This document shows positions 39,748 through 49,917 of a stretch of 64,000 nt of DNA, piece by piece. Source of the DNA: Hyphomicrobiaceae bacterium (GTDB taxonomy: Bacteria; Pseudomonadota; Alphaproteobacteria; Rhizobiales; Hyphomicrobiaceae). Where the stretch lies: the NCBI GenBank assembly GCA_965224225.1, contig CBDCZF010000025.1:171137-235136 (forward strand), given 5' to 3'. How positions within the stretch are numbered: position 1 is the stretch's first letter; every line of letters starts with the position of its first letter. The notes below the pieces were generated by a model that was not told the origin of the DNA, ran no database searches, and saw only the letters and a program-made list of their open reading frames with translations. A program made the translations under genes and the position numbers.

Positions 39748-40674
39748 ATGCGTATTGCCAGGATTATCCGTCTAGCGTTGTTGGCCGTTGCCGGCCTGAC
39801 CGTGTCGGCGATTGGGGCTGCTGCCTGCGAGCCCTGGCCTGACTGTGCTTTCGAGGCCCGTAAAACGAGGGAGCAATCGGAAGAAATCGTCCGCCAGGCC
39901 AAGAACAGCGCGGCGCAGAACTTGCTGATCTTCAATAAGCTCAATGTGCTCGACGTCTCCGACGAGATTGTCGGTTCAACCGACATCCGCTCACTGGTCG
40001 GCTCGTACGCCTATTTCGAACCTGGCAAGAAGACGCTGCAGATCATCGGCGCGAACTTCGAAGGGGACGTCGAACGGATTCAGCTCAAAGACCGAAGGTT
40101 GTTCGAAGGGGTCGTGCGGCGCGGCTTCGACCTCGGTGTCTCGGTCGCCGTTCTGAAAGTAGGCCTGAAGAGCCAGCAGGTGGCCGAGCTAGTGATCGAC
40201 GATATCGCATTTGCCTCGATGGAAGCCAAGGCGGACCAGATCTCGTGCAACTTTCCCGTGGCCTTCCGCGAGCAGGCGCGCCAGGGCCGGATCAGGCCGG
40301 TGTTCATCAAATCGGCGGTGATTTCGCGGGTGCGCAAGCGCTATTTCACCAAGAGCAAGGTGAGCGGGTCGGGTACCTATCTAATGATATCAGCGGACGG
40401 CAAGTTCCACGTTTCCGATGAAAGCGCGATTACTCATTTCGTGGTCACGCCGCAGGTTGTGCCGGCCATGCCGGCGTTGGCTGCCGATTGTGTACAAAAC
40501 CGTTCAGCCACCGTGACCAAGTCCGGCGCGCGACTCGGCTTCGATATCGCCGATGCAGGCCGCACGAGATCGACGGCAGATGAACTGCGCGCGCGCCTTG
40601 AAGCCCAAAAGGATCTGACCGGCGAGATCCCGACCAAGGGTATCGTCATGACGCTCGCAACCAGCACTCCCTAG
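39748..40674 (+). CDS. secreted hypothetical protein
   Basis: Cleavable signal peptide ('LALLAVAGLTVSAIGAAAC'). No known motifs. Confidence 0.45.
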   Translation: MRIARIIRLALLAVAGLTVSAIGAAACEPWPDCAFEARKTREQSEEIVRQAKNSAAQNLLIFNKLNVLDVSDEIVGSTDIRSLVGSYAYFEPGKKTLQIIGANFEGDVERIQLKDRRLFEGVVRRGFDLGVSVAVLKVGLKSQQVAELVIDDIAFASMEAKADQISCNFPVAFREQARQGRIRPVFIKSAVISRVRKRYFTKSKVSGSGTYLMISADGKFHVSDESAITHFVVTPQVVPAMPALAADCVQNRSATVTKSGARLGFDIADAGRTRSTADELRARLEAQKDLTGEIPTKGIVMTLATSTP

Positions 40675-40863
40675 GCCATCGTCAAATCGGTGACCGAGTA
40701 TCGCTTGTTGGGCTTTCCTAACAGGACATGATGGTTCGTGCCGATTTCGGACGCGCTTCGGCGTGCCGCCTCGAACGCATTTGAAACGAATTCATGGATA
40801 ATATGTGCTCGAAAATTGACCTTAAGTTCGTGTCGCTGAAGCAGCGTTCATTGGAGGTTTGTC

Positions 40864-41820
40864 GTGAAGCGCGTATTTGCAGTTGGTAGTGTTTTAGCAG
40901 TTGCCGTATCGCTCGGTGGATGTATTGGACAATCGGTGCAAGTGCCGCCGGCCTATGTCGGCAAGATCCTTTCAAAGGACGGGTTTCAGCCTGGCTTGAT
41001 CAGTCCGTCGCAGTTTCGGCTGCCGATCTGCTTTTTCTATTGCGACCGGCTGATTGTCGCTGAATCAAGCGACTTTCAGCAGGCTGAGACATTCCGCAAT
41101 GACCATGCCCTCTACATGCCGAAGTCGGAACTGGCGATGCCGTTCGACGTGCGGGGCATGTTTGCGGTACGCAATGATGACAAGGCTTTGCAGTCGGTAT
41201 TCGACCGGGTTCCGGCGGCGGCACCGAAAGGCCTGCTGCGCGGTTCAGTGCACGGCGTCATCAGCCAGAAGAAGCTCTATGCAACATATGGTGTTGCGGT
41301 CGTTCGTGACGTCGTGCGCCGCGTTGTATCGCAGTACACCATCGAAGAGGTCGCTTCGTCACGTGCCGCGATCAACGGCCGCCTGATCGAGGAAGTCAAC
41401 AAGGCGCTCGCCGACACGCCTCTGATTGCCCGGCGCTTCGGTCTGGCCGATGTGCGCTTCCCGAAGGTGATCCTCGACCAGAAAGAAACAGCTGCCAGGC
41501 GGCGGATCGCCATCCAGCAGGAGGAAGCAGAAAAGCAGATCCGGTTGGTTAAGCTTCAGGCGGATCTTGAAGCGGCACGGGCGGAACGCCAAATCAGAAG
41601 GGAGCGCGCACAGGCGGTTCTGGAAGAAAACAAGATCTACGCCGAATCGGTCACCGAGAAATATCTCGCCTACCGCCGCCTGGAGGTACTTGAAAAGCTG
41701 GCAACGAGTGCCAACACCAAATGGGTACCATTCGAGGCGCTGGGCACCGTCGGCCAGTCCGTTACGATGTTTCGCGACAGGGCAACGGATGCTGGCCAGT
41801 CACAGCGCCAAGACCAGTAG
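40864..41820 (+). CDS. SPFH/band-7 domain lipoprotein
   Basis: Lipobox 'SLGGC', then SPFH-like core and a C-terminal coiled coil ('EEAEKQIRLVKLQADLEAARAERQIRRER'). Confidence 0.7.
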   Translation: MKRVFAVGSVLAVAVSLGGCIGQSVQVPPAYVGKILSKDGFQPGLISPSQFRLPICFFYCDRLIVAESSDFQQAETFRNDHALYMPKSELAMPFDVRGMFAVRNDDKALQSVFDRVPAAAPKGLLRGSVHGVISQKKLYATYGVAVVRDVVRRVVSQYTIEEVASSRAAINGRLIEEVNKALADTPLIARRFGLADVRFPKVILDQKETAARRRIAIQQEEAEKQIRLVKLQADLEAARAERQIRRERAQAVLEENKIYAESVTEKYLAYRRLEVLEKLATSANTKWVPFEALGTVGQSVTMFRDRATDAGQSQRQDQ

Positions 41821-41836
41821 GAAGGTCGGTTAAGTC

Positions 41837-42241
41837 ATGGCTCAGGTGCGTTACGATGAATTCTCGATCGGGCTCGGGGCCTATCAGGCTGTGCTCGCGG
41901 TCGTTGGCATAATTGTCCTACTGTTCTTGGCTTGGCGTGCGTTGCGCGCGTTCGGGCAACTGCAGAAGCAGGGGGCTGTTCGCCGCGACCAGCTCATTGG
42001 TCTTGCCTGGCCGCCGCTCGCATGGCTGGGCGTATTGGTGATTGCCGCGGTGATATTTTCCTCGCTACAGGCCTATGGACCGCGGGTTGCACTGCCGAAA
42101 ACGCAGCTGACCGTCAGTCAGGAAAAAACCGGCGAGGTAACAGATCTGAGCCCCAAGCAGGTCACCGATGCAGAACGCATCGAACAGCAGCGCGCGCTCG
42201 AACGTGAGACCAAGTCCCGCGTCAACCTGAACGAGAAGTGA
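41837..42241 (+). CDS. small membrane protein (likely co-transcribed with the SPFH lipoprotein)
   Basis: Two TM helices plus charged C-terminus. 17 nt downstream of the SPFH gene. Confidence 0.4.
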   Translation: MAQVRYDEFSIGLGAYQAVLAVVGIIVLLFLAWRALRAFGQLQKQGAVRRDQLIGLAWPPLAWLGVLVIAAVIFSSLQAYGPRVALPKTQLTVSQEKTGEVTDLSPKQVTDAERIEQQRALERETKSRVNLNEK

Positions 42242-42371
42242 TCCGCACCAACGTCGGGCTCCGGCCTTCTGTTGAGAGACCTCATGTCCGGGAGCAACGC
42301 GACCCGGCCGAAAAGGCCGCCCCGTCGGAGGTGCCCGAGCGCAGCGAGGAATAGCACCGTGAGACAAAACA

Positions 42372-42446
42372 TGGTGGGCGGTACTGGGATTGAACCAGTG
42401 ACCCCACGCGTGTGAAGCGTGTGCTCTACCGCTGAGCTAACCGCCC
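42372..42446 (-). tRNA. tRNA-Val (anticodon CAC)
   Basis: 75-nt cloverleaf. GGGCGGT acceptor, GCTC/GAGC D-stem, CACGC-ttCACac-GCGTG anticodon arm, ACTGGTTCAATCCCAGT T-arm, 3' CCA encoded. Confidence 0.85.
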
Positions 42447-42521
42447 GGGCGCATTACATCGCCGGAACCGTTTCATGTGGCGCCGGCGGGCGCTTGTCAA
42501 GGCCTGGCGAATGCTCTCGTT

Positions 42522-43514
42522 CTATTTCGCTTTGACCCGGGCGAACCCTGCAAAGATCCTCGCAATTTCGGGCGCGAGGCGCGCTTCGTCGGCGGCGCGG
42601 GTAATTGCAAGCACGCGGAAATAGCCACCCTCAGGCGGCAGCAGGATGAGCTGGCGGAGCATGATCGGCAATGTCTCACTGCCGCGCAATGCCGTGGCCG
42701 TTGTTTTACGGCCGTTCATTGCATCGATCTGCACCTCTCTGTCGGACACGATCTTTACGTCGCGGATGTCGCGCAGGCCCTCGAGGCTTGCTTTCGACAG
42801 TGCGGCAATGTCGTCGACCGGGTATCGGTTCAGCGACGGCACCACGATCAGGAGATTACGCGTCCCCATCGGGGCATCGTCACCCGCTTCGGTAAACAGG
42901 CGCGTGCTGCCCGAGATGCGCGGGCTAGTTGCGAACCGGCCGAGGTAGGTGAACTTGAAGGGATCGTTGAACGGGGCTGCAGCTGTTTCGAGCCTGGCCG
43001 AGGTCAGTGCCCGAATGACGTCCTCACGCGAAACGGCACCTTCCGCGAAAGCCCCTTTAGGCACGTTGAAGGTGATCAGCGCACTGCTGCGCTCATCGCG
43101 GATCAGGAGCATGAACTTGTCGAACCTGCCGCGGGCATGGCTCTGCTTCGCCGTGATGAAGAGGTAGTCGTCGTCTCGCGCGAGCTTGCCCTCGACAACA
43201 TCCGTGATACCGTTTTTGGCGAGTATCGGTGCTGTCAGCCGGCCCTTTATCCGGGCGTGTTCGGCTGCCGGGCGTTCCTGGATGACGGCTGCAATGGATG
43301 AAATGAACTCGATGTAGCCCATGAACACTTTCGAAGTTTGAAAGTTGTCGGGCAGTTCCAGACTGACGCGGCTGCCCGGCGCCTGGCGCGGGGCGGCGGC
43401 CACAGTTGCGGCAGCCAGTGCAAAGCTGATCGCAAGCACGATGAAACTGAGCGCCAGTCCGGCGCACGTGCTGCCAGTTCGGGAACAAGGCGATATTCTG
43501 CGATGGCGGGTCAT
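42522..43514 (-). CDS. periplasmic/secreted hypothetical protein, divergent from the MMPL transporter
   Basis: N-terminal signal/anchor segment ('GLALSFIVLAISFALAAATVAAA'). Otherwise no motifs. Confidence 0.45.
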   Translation of the reverse strand: MTRHRRISPCSRTGSTCAGLALSFIVLAISFALAAATVAAAPRQAPGSRVSLELPDNFQTSKVFMGYIEFISSIAAVIQERPAAEHARIKGRLTAPILAKNGITDVVEGKLARDDDYLFITAKQSHARGRFDKFMLLIRDERSSALITFNVPKGAFAEGAVSREDVIRALTSARLETAAAPFNDPFKFTYLGRFATSPRISGSTRLFTEAGDDAPMGTRNLLIVVPSLNRYPVDDIAALSKASLEGLRDIRDVKIVSDREVQIDAMNGRKTTATALRGSETLPIMLRQLILLPPEGGYFRVLAITRAADEARLAPEIARIFAGFARVKAK

Positions 43515-43690
43515 GATCTTTCCTGTTGCCGGTCAGGTGCTGCGCTTAGGGACACCGTTGGCGCTTATAGGTCAGGCCAAGTGTGGCGTCGAGGTTGCTT
43601 CGCGCCAGCGATGCACGCGGTCCGATTGAATTCAGTTTCGACCCTGGTTATCGTTGAAACTATTGTGAAAATTCTGACAAAGAACCCTGC

Positions 43691-46081
43691 ATGAGCGATC
43701 AGCCGACAGGTTATTCGCACGACACCCAAATAGGGGGTCAAGCTCCTGAAATCGTTCGCTCATTTCGCTTGACGTTCGGTCTCGAACGACTTGGGCTCGT
43801 AGTCTTAAGATCACCGCATGTCTCGCTCGCGGTGATTCTCTCGTTGTGTTTCCTCGCAGTCTTCGGCGTCGCCCGACTGAAGGTCGATGACTCGCTGTCG
43901 GAACTGTTTCGCACAGATACGCCAGCGTTCCGCCAGTACGAAGAAATCGACCGGCGCTTTCCCTCGAGCGAGTACGACGTGCTGGCGGTTGTCGAGGGCA
44001 AGACGCTGCTCGGGCGCCGCGGGCTTCAGGCTTTTGCCGATCTGGCTGTCGAATTGCAGCTCGTGACGGGCATCGACGGTATCGTCTCGATGCTGTCGGC
44101 GCGCAACCAGCCGGATGAAAAGGGGTATCCGCCGCCGATCGTTCCGGACGAGTTGCCGGAGGGAGAGGCGTTCGGCCAGGTTGTCGCGAACTTGCGCGCT
44201 AACGAGATCGTCAAAGGTAAGTTCCTGTCGGACGACGGCGAACTGGCGCTGATTGTGATGGCGCTCGATCGCACCGTGGTCGATGACATCGGCAGCGCCG
44301 CGATCATTGGCGAAATCCGCACTGTCGCCGAAGAGATCCTCAAGGAGACCGGCCTCACCGTCAAATTGACGGGCGCGCCGGTCATGCAACTCGAGATCCG
44401 CAACGCCATCGAGCGGGACAGACTGATCTACAACGGGCTGGGCTTCCTGCTTGGCGCGCTCACGGCTTATATTTTCTTCGGGCGCCTGTCTCTGACACTG
44501 ATCGCCGTGCTTGGACCCTCGATCGCAATCCTCTGGACGCTGGGCGTGATCGGCGGGCTCGATTTCCGCCTCAACCTCTTCATCAACGTGCTGACCCCGC
44601 TGATCCTGGTGGCAGGCTTCTCGGATTCGATGCATCTGGTGTTTTCGATCCGCCGCAGTCTGCTGGCCGGCGCCAGTCGTATCGAGGCCGCCCGGCGTGC
44701 GATCCTCGACGTTGCACCCGGCTGTCTGCTGACGGCGATGAACGCGGTCATCGCATTGCTTTCATTCTCGCTCGCCGACTCGGCACTGATCCGGACATTC
44801 GGCATTGCAGCCATTCTCGCGGTCGTCATTTCCTATATCGCGGTGGCAACGGTCGTGCCGACGCTGGCCGTTTTTCTGGTGAGGGTCGAACGCCCGGCTG
44901 ATGGCAGGGGGCAGGCACACACTGACGCGGAAGATGCAAGTGCCGCCGGCTGGCTGCATTCGGTGACTGTCGGCATCGTCTATCACGTCGCCTCACGGCC
45001 GCTGCCGTACTTCATTGCCGGTGTCCTGGCGGTGATCTTTACCGGTGCTGTCTATCTGCAACTCGAGCCGCAGTATCGACTGGCCGATCAGGTGCCCGAC
45101 AAGGAGCAGGCCTTGGCGGCGACCGACCGCATCGATGCCAAGCTGACCGGCGCCAACCCGATCCACATCATGATCGAGTGGCAGGGCAGCGAGACTGTCT
45201 TCGAGCCAAAGACGCTCAAGGCGATTAGTGAAGCTCATCGTGTCCTCGAAGCCAAGGCGGGCCTTGGCAATGTCTGGTCGGTCGAGAGCTTGCGCCGATG
45301 GCTGGCGGCCAGCGGCGAGACTCGCGTCGACGTTATGAAGCGTTATGCCGATATCCTGCCGCAGCACTTGCGCCACCGCTTTCTTGCCAAGGACGGCAAG
45401 GCAGTGCTCGTTACCGGACGCTTGCCGGACGTCGATGCAGCAGAGATCCTGCCGGTTGTCGAACGGATCGACACCGCCCTTGGACCCGTGCGCGAGGGCA
45501 ATCCGGACTACAGGATTTCGGTGACCGGCCTGCCGGCGATCGCGGCGCGCAATTCGGCCAAACTGATCGGCGAACTCAACTGGGGCCTGATCGGTGACAT
45601 GTTCGTGATCTTCATCTTCCTCGGCATTGCCCTGCGCTCGGTGCTGTCGGGCGTGGCGAGCATCCTGCCGTCATTGTTTCCGATCTTTGCAACCGGCACC
45701 ATCCTGAGCTTGTTTGCCAACGGCCTGCAGTTCGCCTCCATCATCGCCATTACTGTCGCGTTCGCGCTGGCGATCGATTCGACCATCCACTTCCTCAACC
45801 GCTACAACCTGGAAGAACAGCGCCTGGGGCTCGACGCAGTTGGGGCAAACCGGCAGGAACGCTATTTCGAAGCCCTGATGGCAACGGCAAGCCACATCGG
45901 ACCTGCCGTTGTCTTGACCACCATTGTGTTGGCACTCGGACTTGGCGTGACAATGCTCTCGGACCTGCCGTCATTGCGCCTGTTCGGTCGCCTGACGGCT
46001 GTCTGCCTGATGGCCTCCGTGATCGGACAACTCGTCATACTGCCGGCAACAATCGCGCTTTATCGACGCCAGTTTGGTTAG
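43691..46081 (+). CDS. MMPL/RND-superfamily membrane transporter (HpnN-like lipid exporter family)
   Basis: 796 aa with two 6-TM bundles each preceded by a large periplasmic loop, the typical MMPL topology. Confidence 0.8.
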   Translation: MSDQPTGYSHDTQIGGQAPEIVRSFRLTFGLERLGLVVLRSPHVSLAVILSLCFLAVFGVARLKVDDSLSELFRTDTPAFRQYEEIDRRFPSSEYDVLAVVEGKTLLGRRGLQAFADLAVELQLVTGIDGIVSMLSARNQPDEKGYPPPIVPDELPEGEAFGQVVANLRANEIVKGKFLSDDGELALIVMALDRTVVDDIGSAAIIGEIRTVAEEILKETGLTVKLTGAPVMQLEIRNAIERDRLIYNGLGFLLGALTAYIFFGRLSLTLIAVLGPSIAILWTLGVIGGLDFRLNLFINVLTPLILVAGFSDSMHLVFSIRRSLLAGASRIEAARRAILDVAPGCLLTAMNAVIALLSFSLADSALIRTFGIAAILAVVISYIAVATVVPTLAVFLVRVERPADGRGQAHTDAEDASAAGWLHSVTVGIVYHVASRPLPYFIAGVLAVIFTGAVYLQLEPQYRLADQVPDKEQALAATDRIDAKLTGANPIHIMIEWQGSETVFEPKTLKAISEAHRVLEAKAGLGNVWSVESLRRWLAASGETRVDVMKRYADILPQHLRHRFLAKDGKAVLVTGRLPDVDAAEILPVVERIDTALGPVREGNPDYRISVTGLPAIAARNSAKLIGELNWGLIGDMFVIFIFLGIALRSVLSGVASILPSLFPIFATGTILSLFANGLQFASIIAITVAFALAIDSTIHFLNRYNLEEQRLGLDAVGANRQERYFEALMATASHIGPAVVLTTIVLALGLGVTMLSDLPSLRLFGRLTAVCLMASVIGQLVILPATIALYRRQFG

Positions 46082-46280
46082 GGCAGTCCGCAATTTGCGT
46101 CAGCCGCCACCTGATATGAGTGCCGGCAGGGTCGGTTTGGCGCAGATTGAGGTCGCGCCAAGTTGGCCATCGACTGCGGAATGCGTTATCACTGCAGCAA
46201 AGCCAAATATGCCTCGGACAGCCTTCGTGAACTTTATCGAAGACTGAACCTTTTGCCCGCGATGGAGACGTCGCGGGTCG

Positions 46281-47279
46281 ATGAATTATGGCGCCTCGCG
46301 TAAATGCGCCGTCGGCCGAGGCCAGCAGGGATGCATCGCAGCACTGGTCGATATGTCAGACACTGATTTTTATGCCAGCGAACGCGCCGCCGATGTGCGC
46401 GAAGAATATGAGCAGATCTACGGCGAACAGGACCCGCGCGCCTATTTCCGGGTGCTGTATGGTCTCGACTACCGGATGCCGGAACTGGCCAGGCCGGTGT
46501 TTCGCAATGTGATCCGGGCTGCTGCCGGCAATCAACAGAGCCCGGCCCGGGTTCTCGACCTTGGCTGCGGCTTCGGCACCAATGCCGCCCTGCTGCGCTA
46601 CCCGATCGACCTCAATCGTCTGGCCCACCGCTATCGAGATCTTGACGGCGGCGATCTGCTACCTGAACAAGTCATGGAACTCGACCGCAATTACTATGCG
46701 TCGTGGCCACAAACGCGGGCGGCATCGTTCATCGGTTTTGATCTCGAAGCAGCACCCGTCAGCTATGCGCTGGGCGTCGGCCTGGTCGACCATGGCTTTG
46801 CCTGTGATCTGGAAGAGGACGATCTTGCAGCCGGAGATGCGGCAGCCCTTCGAGGTGTGAGCTGCGTGATATCGACGGGATGTGCCGGCTATGCCGGTGT
46901 CGCAACGTTCACCAAGCTGCTCGATGCGATCGGCGAAGATCCGCCGTGGCTTGCCATCATGGTGCTTCGCACAGAACCATTCGATGCCGTGCGCGAATGT
47001 CTGATGGATCGCGGCCTTGTCGTTGAAAAACTCGAAGGTGTCACGTTCATCCAGCGGCGCTATCACTCGGCATCGGAATGGACGCAGGCGCTATTGGCGC
47101 TCGAGACACTTGGTATCGACACTCAGGGCAAGGAGGCCGACGGGCTGATGCACGCCGAGTTCTATCTTGCACGGCCCGCGCATAGTGCCGAAGAGCACCC
47201 CCTGGAATCGGTGGTCTCCGTATCGAGCGGCGGCGAAGGCACGTTCGGCGGCTGGCGGGGCCGGCCGTGGGGCACGTAA
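46281..47279 (+). CDS. putative class I SAM-dependent methyltransferase-like protein
   Basis: 'VLDLGCGFGTNAALL' motif-I-like glycine loop. Otherwise uncharacterised. Confidence 0.45.
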   Translation: MNYGASRKCAVGRGQQGCIAALVDMSDTDFYASERAADVREEYEQIYGEQDPRAYFRVLYGLDYRMPELARPVFRNVIRAAAGNQQSPARVLDLGCGFGTNAALLRYPIDLNRLAHRYRDLDGGDLLPEQVMELDRNYYASWPQTRAASFIGFDLEAAPVSYALGVGLVDHGFACDLEEDDLAAGDAAALRGVSCVISTGCAGYAGVATFTKLLDAIGEDPPWLAIMVLRTEPFDAVRECLMDRGLVVEKLEGVTFIQRRYHSASEWTQALLALETLGIDTQGKEADGLMHAEFYLARPAHSAEEHPLESVVSVSSGGEGTFGGWRGRPWGT

Positions 47280-47307
47280 CGATACGGGCAATTGAAGGTG
47301 GACGGAT

Positions 47308-48333
47308 ATGCGCCAGCAGTTTGCTTCCGACAACAACGCCGGCATGTGTCCCGAGGCGCTGGAGGCTTTTCTTGCCGAAAACAGTGCTGGTCATGCGGTC
47401 GGCTATGGTGATGACGATGTGACGGCCAGAGCAGAGAAGGCGATCCAGGATCTCTTCGAGATGCCGTGCAAAGTCTTCTTCGTGTTCAACGGGACAAGCG
47501 CCAACGCCTTGTCTCTGGCGCAACTGAGCCAGCCCTACAACGCCACGATTGCGCATGCCTTCTCCCACGTCGAATGGGACGAGGCCGGTGCCGTCAGCTT
47601 CTTTTCTGGTGGCGCGACATTGCTGACAGCCGATACACCGGCAGCCAAGTTGACTTTGGACGCTGTCGAAGATCTTGCGGCAAAGTTCGATGGTGTCCAC
47701 CACGTCAAGGTCAATGCGTTGACGCTGACCCAGGCCACCGAGCTTGGAACAGTCTATTCGCTCGACGAATTGGCAGCCTTCGGCGAACTGGCCCGGCGTC
47801 ATGGTCTCAAGGTGCATATGGATGGTGCACGTTTCGCCAACGCTGTTGCAGCGCTTGGCACGACACCGGCTGAAATGAGCTGGCGGCGCGGCGTCGACGT
47901 CTTGTCGTTCGGGGGTGTCAAGAACGGGCTGGCGGTTGGGGAGTGCATCGTATTCTTCGATAGCGATCTCGCCGAAGGTTTCGGCTGGCGACGCAAGCAG
48001 GCCGGCCAGCTCAACTCCAAGATGCGGCTTGTCAGTGCGCCTTGGCTTGCCATGATCAAGGATGATGTCTGGCTCCGAAACGCCCGTCATGCCAACGCCA
48101 TGGCCCGACGGCTGGCAGACGGCCTGGCAAAGCTCGACGGCGTCAGCTTCATGCATCCAACTGAAGCCAATGGTGTGTTCGTACACATGCCGGCCGACCT
48201 GCAGACCAGACTGCGCGATAACGGCTGGAGCTTCTACACGTTCGTGCCGCCGACCGGCTGCCGGCTGATGTGCGCCTGGGACACGACAGCAGAAACCGTT
48301 GATCGTTTCCTGGCGGATGCCCGGTCGGCCTGA
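47308..48333 (+). CDS. ltaE: low-specificity L-threonine aldolase
   Basis: 'FASDNNAGMCPEALEA' N-terminus, PLP-lysine region 'FGGVKNG'. Confidence 0.8.
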   Translation: MRQQFASDNNAGMCPEALEAFLAENSAGHAVGYGDDDVTARAEKAIQDLFEMPCKVFFVFNGTSANALSLAQLSQPYNATIAHAFSHVEWDEAGAVSFFSGGATLLTADTPAAKLTLDAVEDLAAKFDGVHHVKVNALTLTQATELGTVYSLDELAAFGELARRHGLKVHMDGARFANAVAALGTTPAEMSWRRGVDVLSFGGVKNGLAVGECIVFFDSDLAEGFGWRRKQAGQLNSKMRLVSAPWLAMIKDDVWLRNARHANAMARRLADGLAKLDGVSFMHPTEANGVFVHMPADLQTRLRDNGWSFYTFVPPTGCRLMCAWDTTAETVDRFLADARSA

Positions 48334-48343
48334 TCGAACGTCC

Positions 48344-49048
48344 TCAATTCCAGGGACGAACCGCATCGAGGGCGACTTCAAACTCGTCGTAATGTGAAAT
48401 TACCGCGTCGCACTCGAGCTCGGTGACGGGCACGCTTGTATAGCCGAACGTGACGCCGATGACGGGTATTCGGGCTGCCTTTGCGGTTGCGACATCGACA
48501 TCGCTGTCGCCGACCATCACGGCCCTGGCAACATCGCCTTCTGCCATGCGGATCGCGCCGAAGAGGTGCTCGGGGTCTGGCTTGCAGACCGGGAATGTAT
48601 CACGGCCGGTGATTGCCTTGAAATAATCGGTTAGACCCAGTTCATGCATCAAGACTTTGGCCATGTCCTCGCGCTTGTTGGTGCAGATGGCTATCGTTGT
48701 GCCGGTGCCCACCAGATTGTCGAGTACTTTGACAAGTCCCGGAAACGGCCGGCTGTCGACAGCGATGTTGGCACCATAGAAGGCGATCAGCTGCTCGAAC
48801 AGGCTGTCGAGATCGGTCGCGGTAAGTATCGTGCCCTGCGCCTTGACCGCCTCGTCGATCATGACGCGTGTGCCAAAGCTGATGTAGGGGCGCAAGAACG
48901 CCTCTGTTGCCGGCGCGAACCCGGCGCCCGTGATGACATGGTTCGTCGCACGCACGAGATCGGGCGCAGTGTCGATTAGAGTTCCGTCCAGGTCGAAGAC
49001 GACGGTCGAATTGTCCATTGAACGGCTTCCGATTGTGATTGGCGCCAC
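48344..49048 (-). CDS. gph: HAD-family phosphoglycolate phosphatase
   Basis: 'VVFDLDGTLIDTAPDL' motif I, 'GVTFGY' and 'GDSDVD' motifs. Confidence 0.8.
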   Translation of the reverse strand: MAPITIGSRSMDNSTVVFDLDGTLIDTAPDLVRATNHVITGAGFAPATEAFLRPYISFGTRVMIDEAVKAQGTILTATDLDSLFEQLIAFYGANIAVDSRPFPGLVKVLDNLVGTGTTIAICTNKREDMAKVLMHELGLTDYFKAITGRDTFPVCKPDPEHLFGAIRMAEGDVARAVMVGDSDVDVATAKAARIPVIGVTFGYTSVPVTELECDAVISHYDEFEVALDAVRPWN

Positions 49049-49170
49049 GGGCAGCCTTCGGCATATGGCTATTCAAAGCCTTTGTCACCCGTTCGATACA
49101 ACTTGTAACCGGGCCGCGAGGGCAATAGGGATGTGACCTGTTGCTGGCCCACCGCTCAGGGAGTTTGTCG

Positions 49171-49887
49171 ATGGATGCCAAGGAATGGAAGCGTGACGCC
49201 GCCAGGCGGGCGCTGGAGTTTGTCGAAGACGGCATGATCGTCGGCCTTGGCACCGGTTCGACGGCGGCCGAATTCGTTGCCTTGCTCGGTGGGCGGGTGC
49301 GCGATGGTCTCAATGTCACAGGCATCCCCACTTCTGCGGCAACCGAGGCTTTGGCACGGGAACACGGGATTGCGACCTCGACGCTCGATGAACATCCCGA
49401 GATCGACTTGACGGTCGACGGTGCCGATGAAATCGACCGCAACCTGCGTCTGATCAAAGGCGGCGGTGGTGCCTTGTTACGCGAGAAGATCGTCGCGGCT
49501 GCCTCTGCCGACGTCATCATCATTGCTGACGAAAGCAAGCTGGTCGAGACGCTTGGCGCATTTCCGCTGCCGGTTGAGGTCGTGCCGTTTGGCTTGGCGG
49601 CAACCCGCATGATGGTCGAGGACATGGCCCAGGAACTTGGCCTCGAAGGACCGGTTCGATTGCGCACAGGAACCGGCGGCGAACCGTTTATCACCGATGG
49701 CGGTCACTATATTCTCGATTGCGCGTTCGGCACGATCGAGGATCCCGAGGCCTTGGCCGAATTGCTGCCGTTCAATCCGGGCGTCGTCGAGCACGGGCTG
49801 TTCATCGGGCTCGCCGATGTCGCGATCATTGCCGGCGCGCAGGGTGTCCGTGTGCTTGATGCGGACGTCGAGATCGGTAGCGTCTGA
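49171..49887 (+). CDS. rpiA: ribose-5-phosphate isomerase A
   Basis: '[16 protein letters not shown]', '[24 protein letters not shown]'. ATG at 49171 follows GGGAG. Confidence 0.85.
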   Translation: MDAKEWKRDAARRALEFVEDGMIVGLGTGSTAAEFVALLGGRVRDGLNVTGIPTSAATEALAREHGIATSTLDEHPEIDLTVDGADEIDRNLRLIKGGGGALLREKIVAAASADVIIIADESKLVETLGAFPLPVEVVPFGLAATRMMVEDMAQELGLEGPVRLRTGTGGEPFITDGGHYILDCAFGTIEDPEALAELLPFNPGVVEHGLFIGLADVAIIAGAQGVRVLDADVEIGSV

Positions 49888-49917
49888 TGCGAGCATCAGC
49901 GGGTGCACTGAAAGGGT

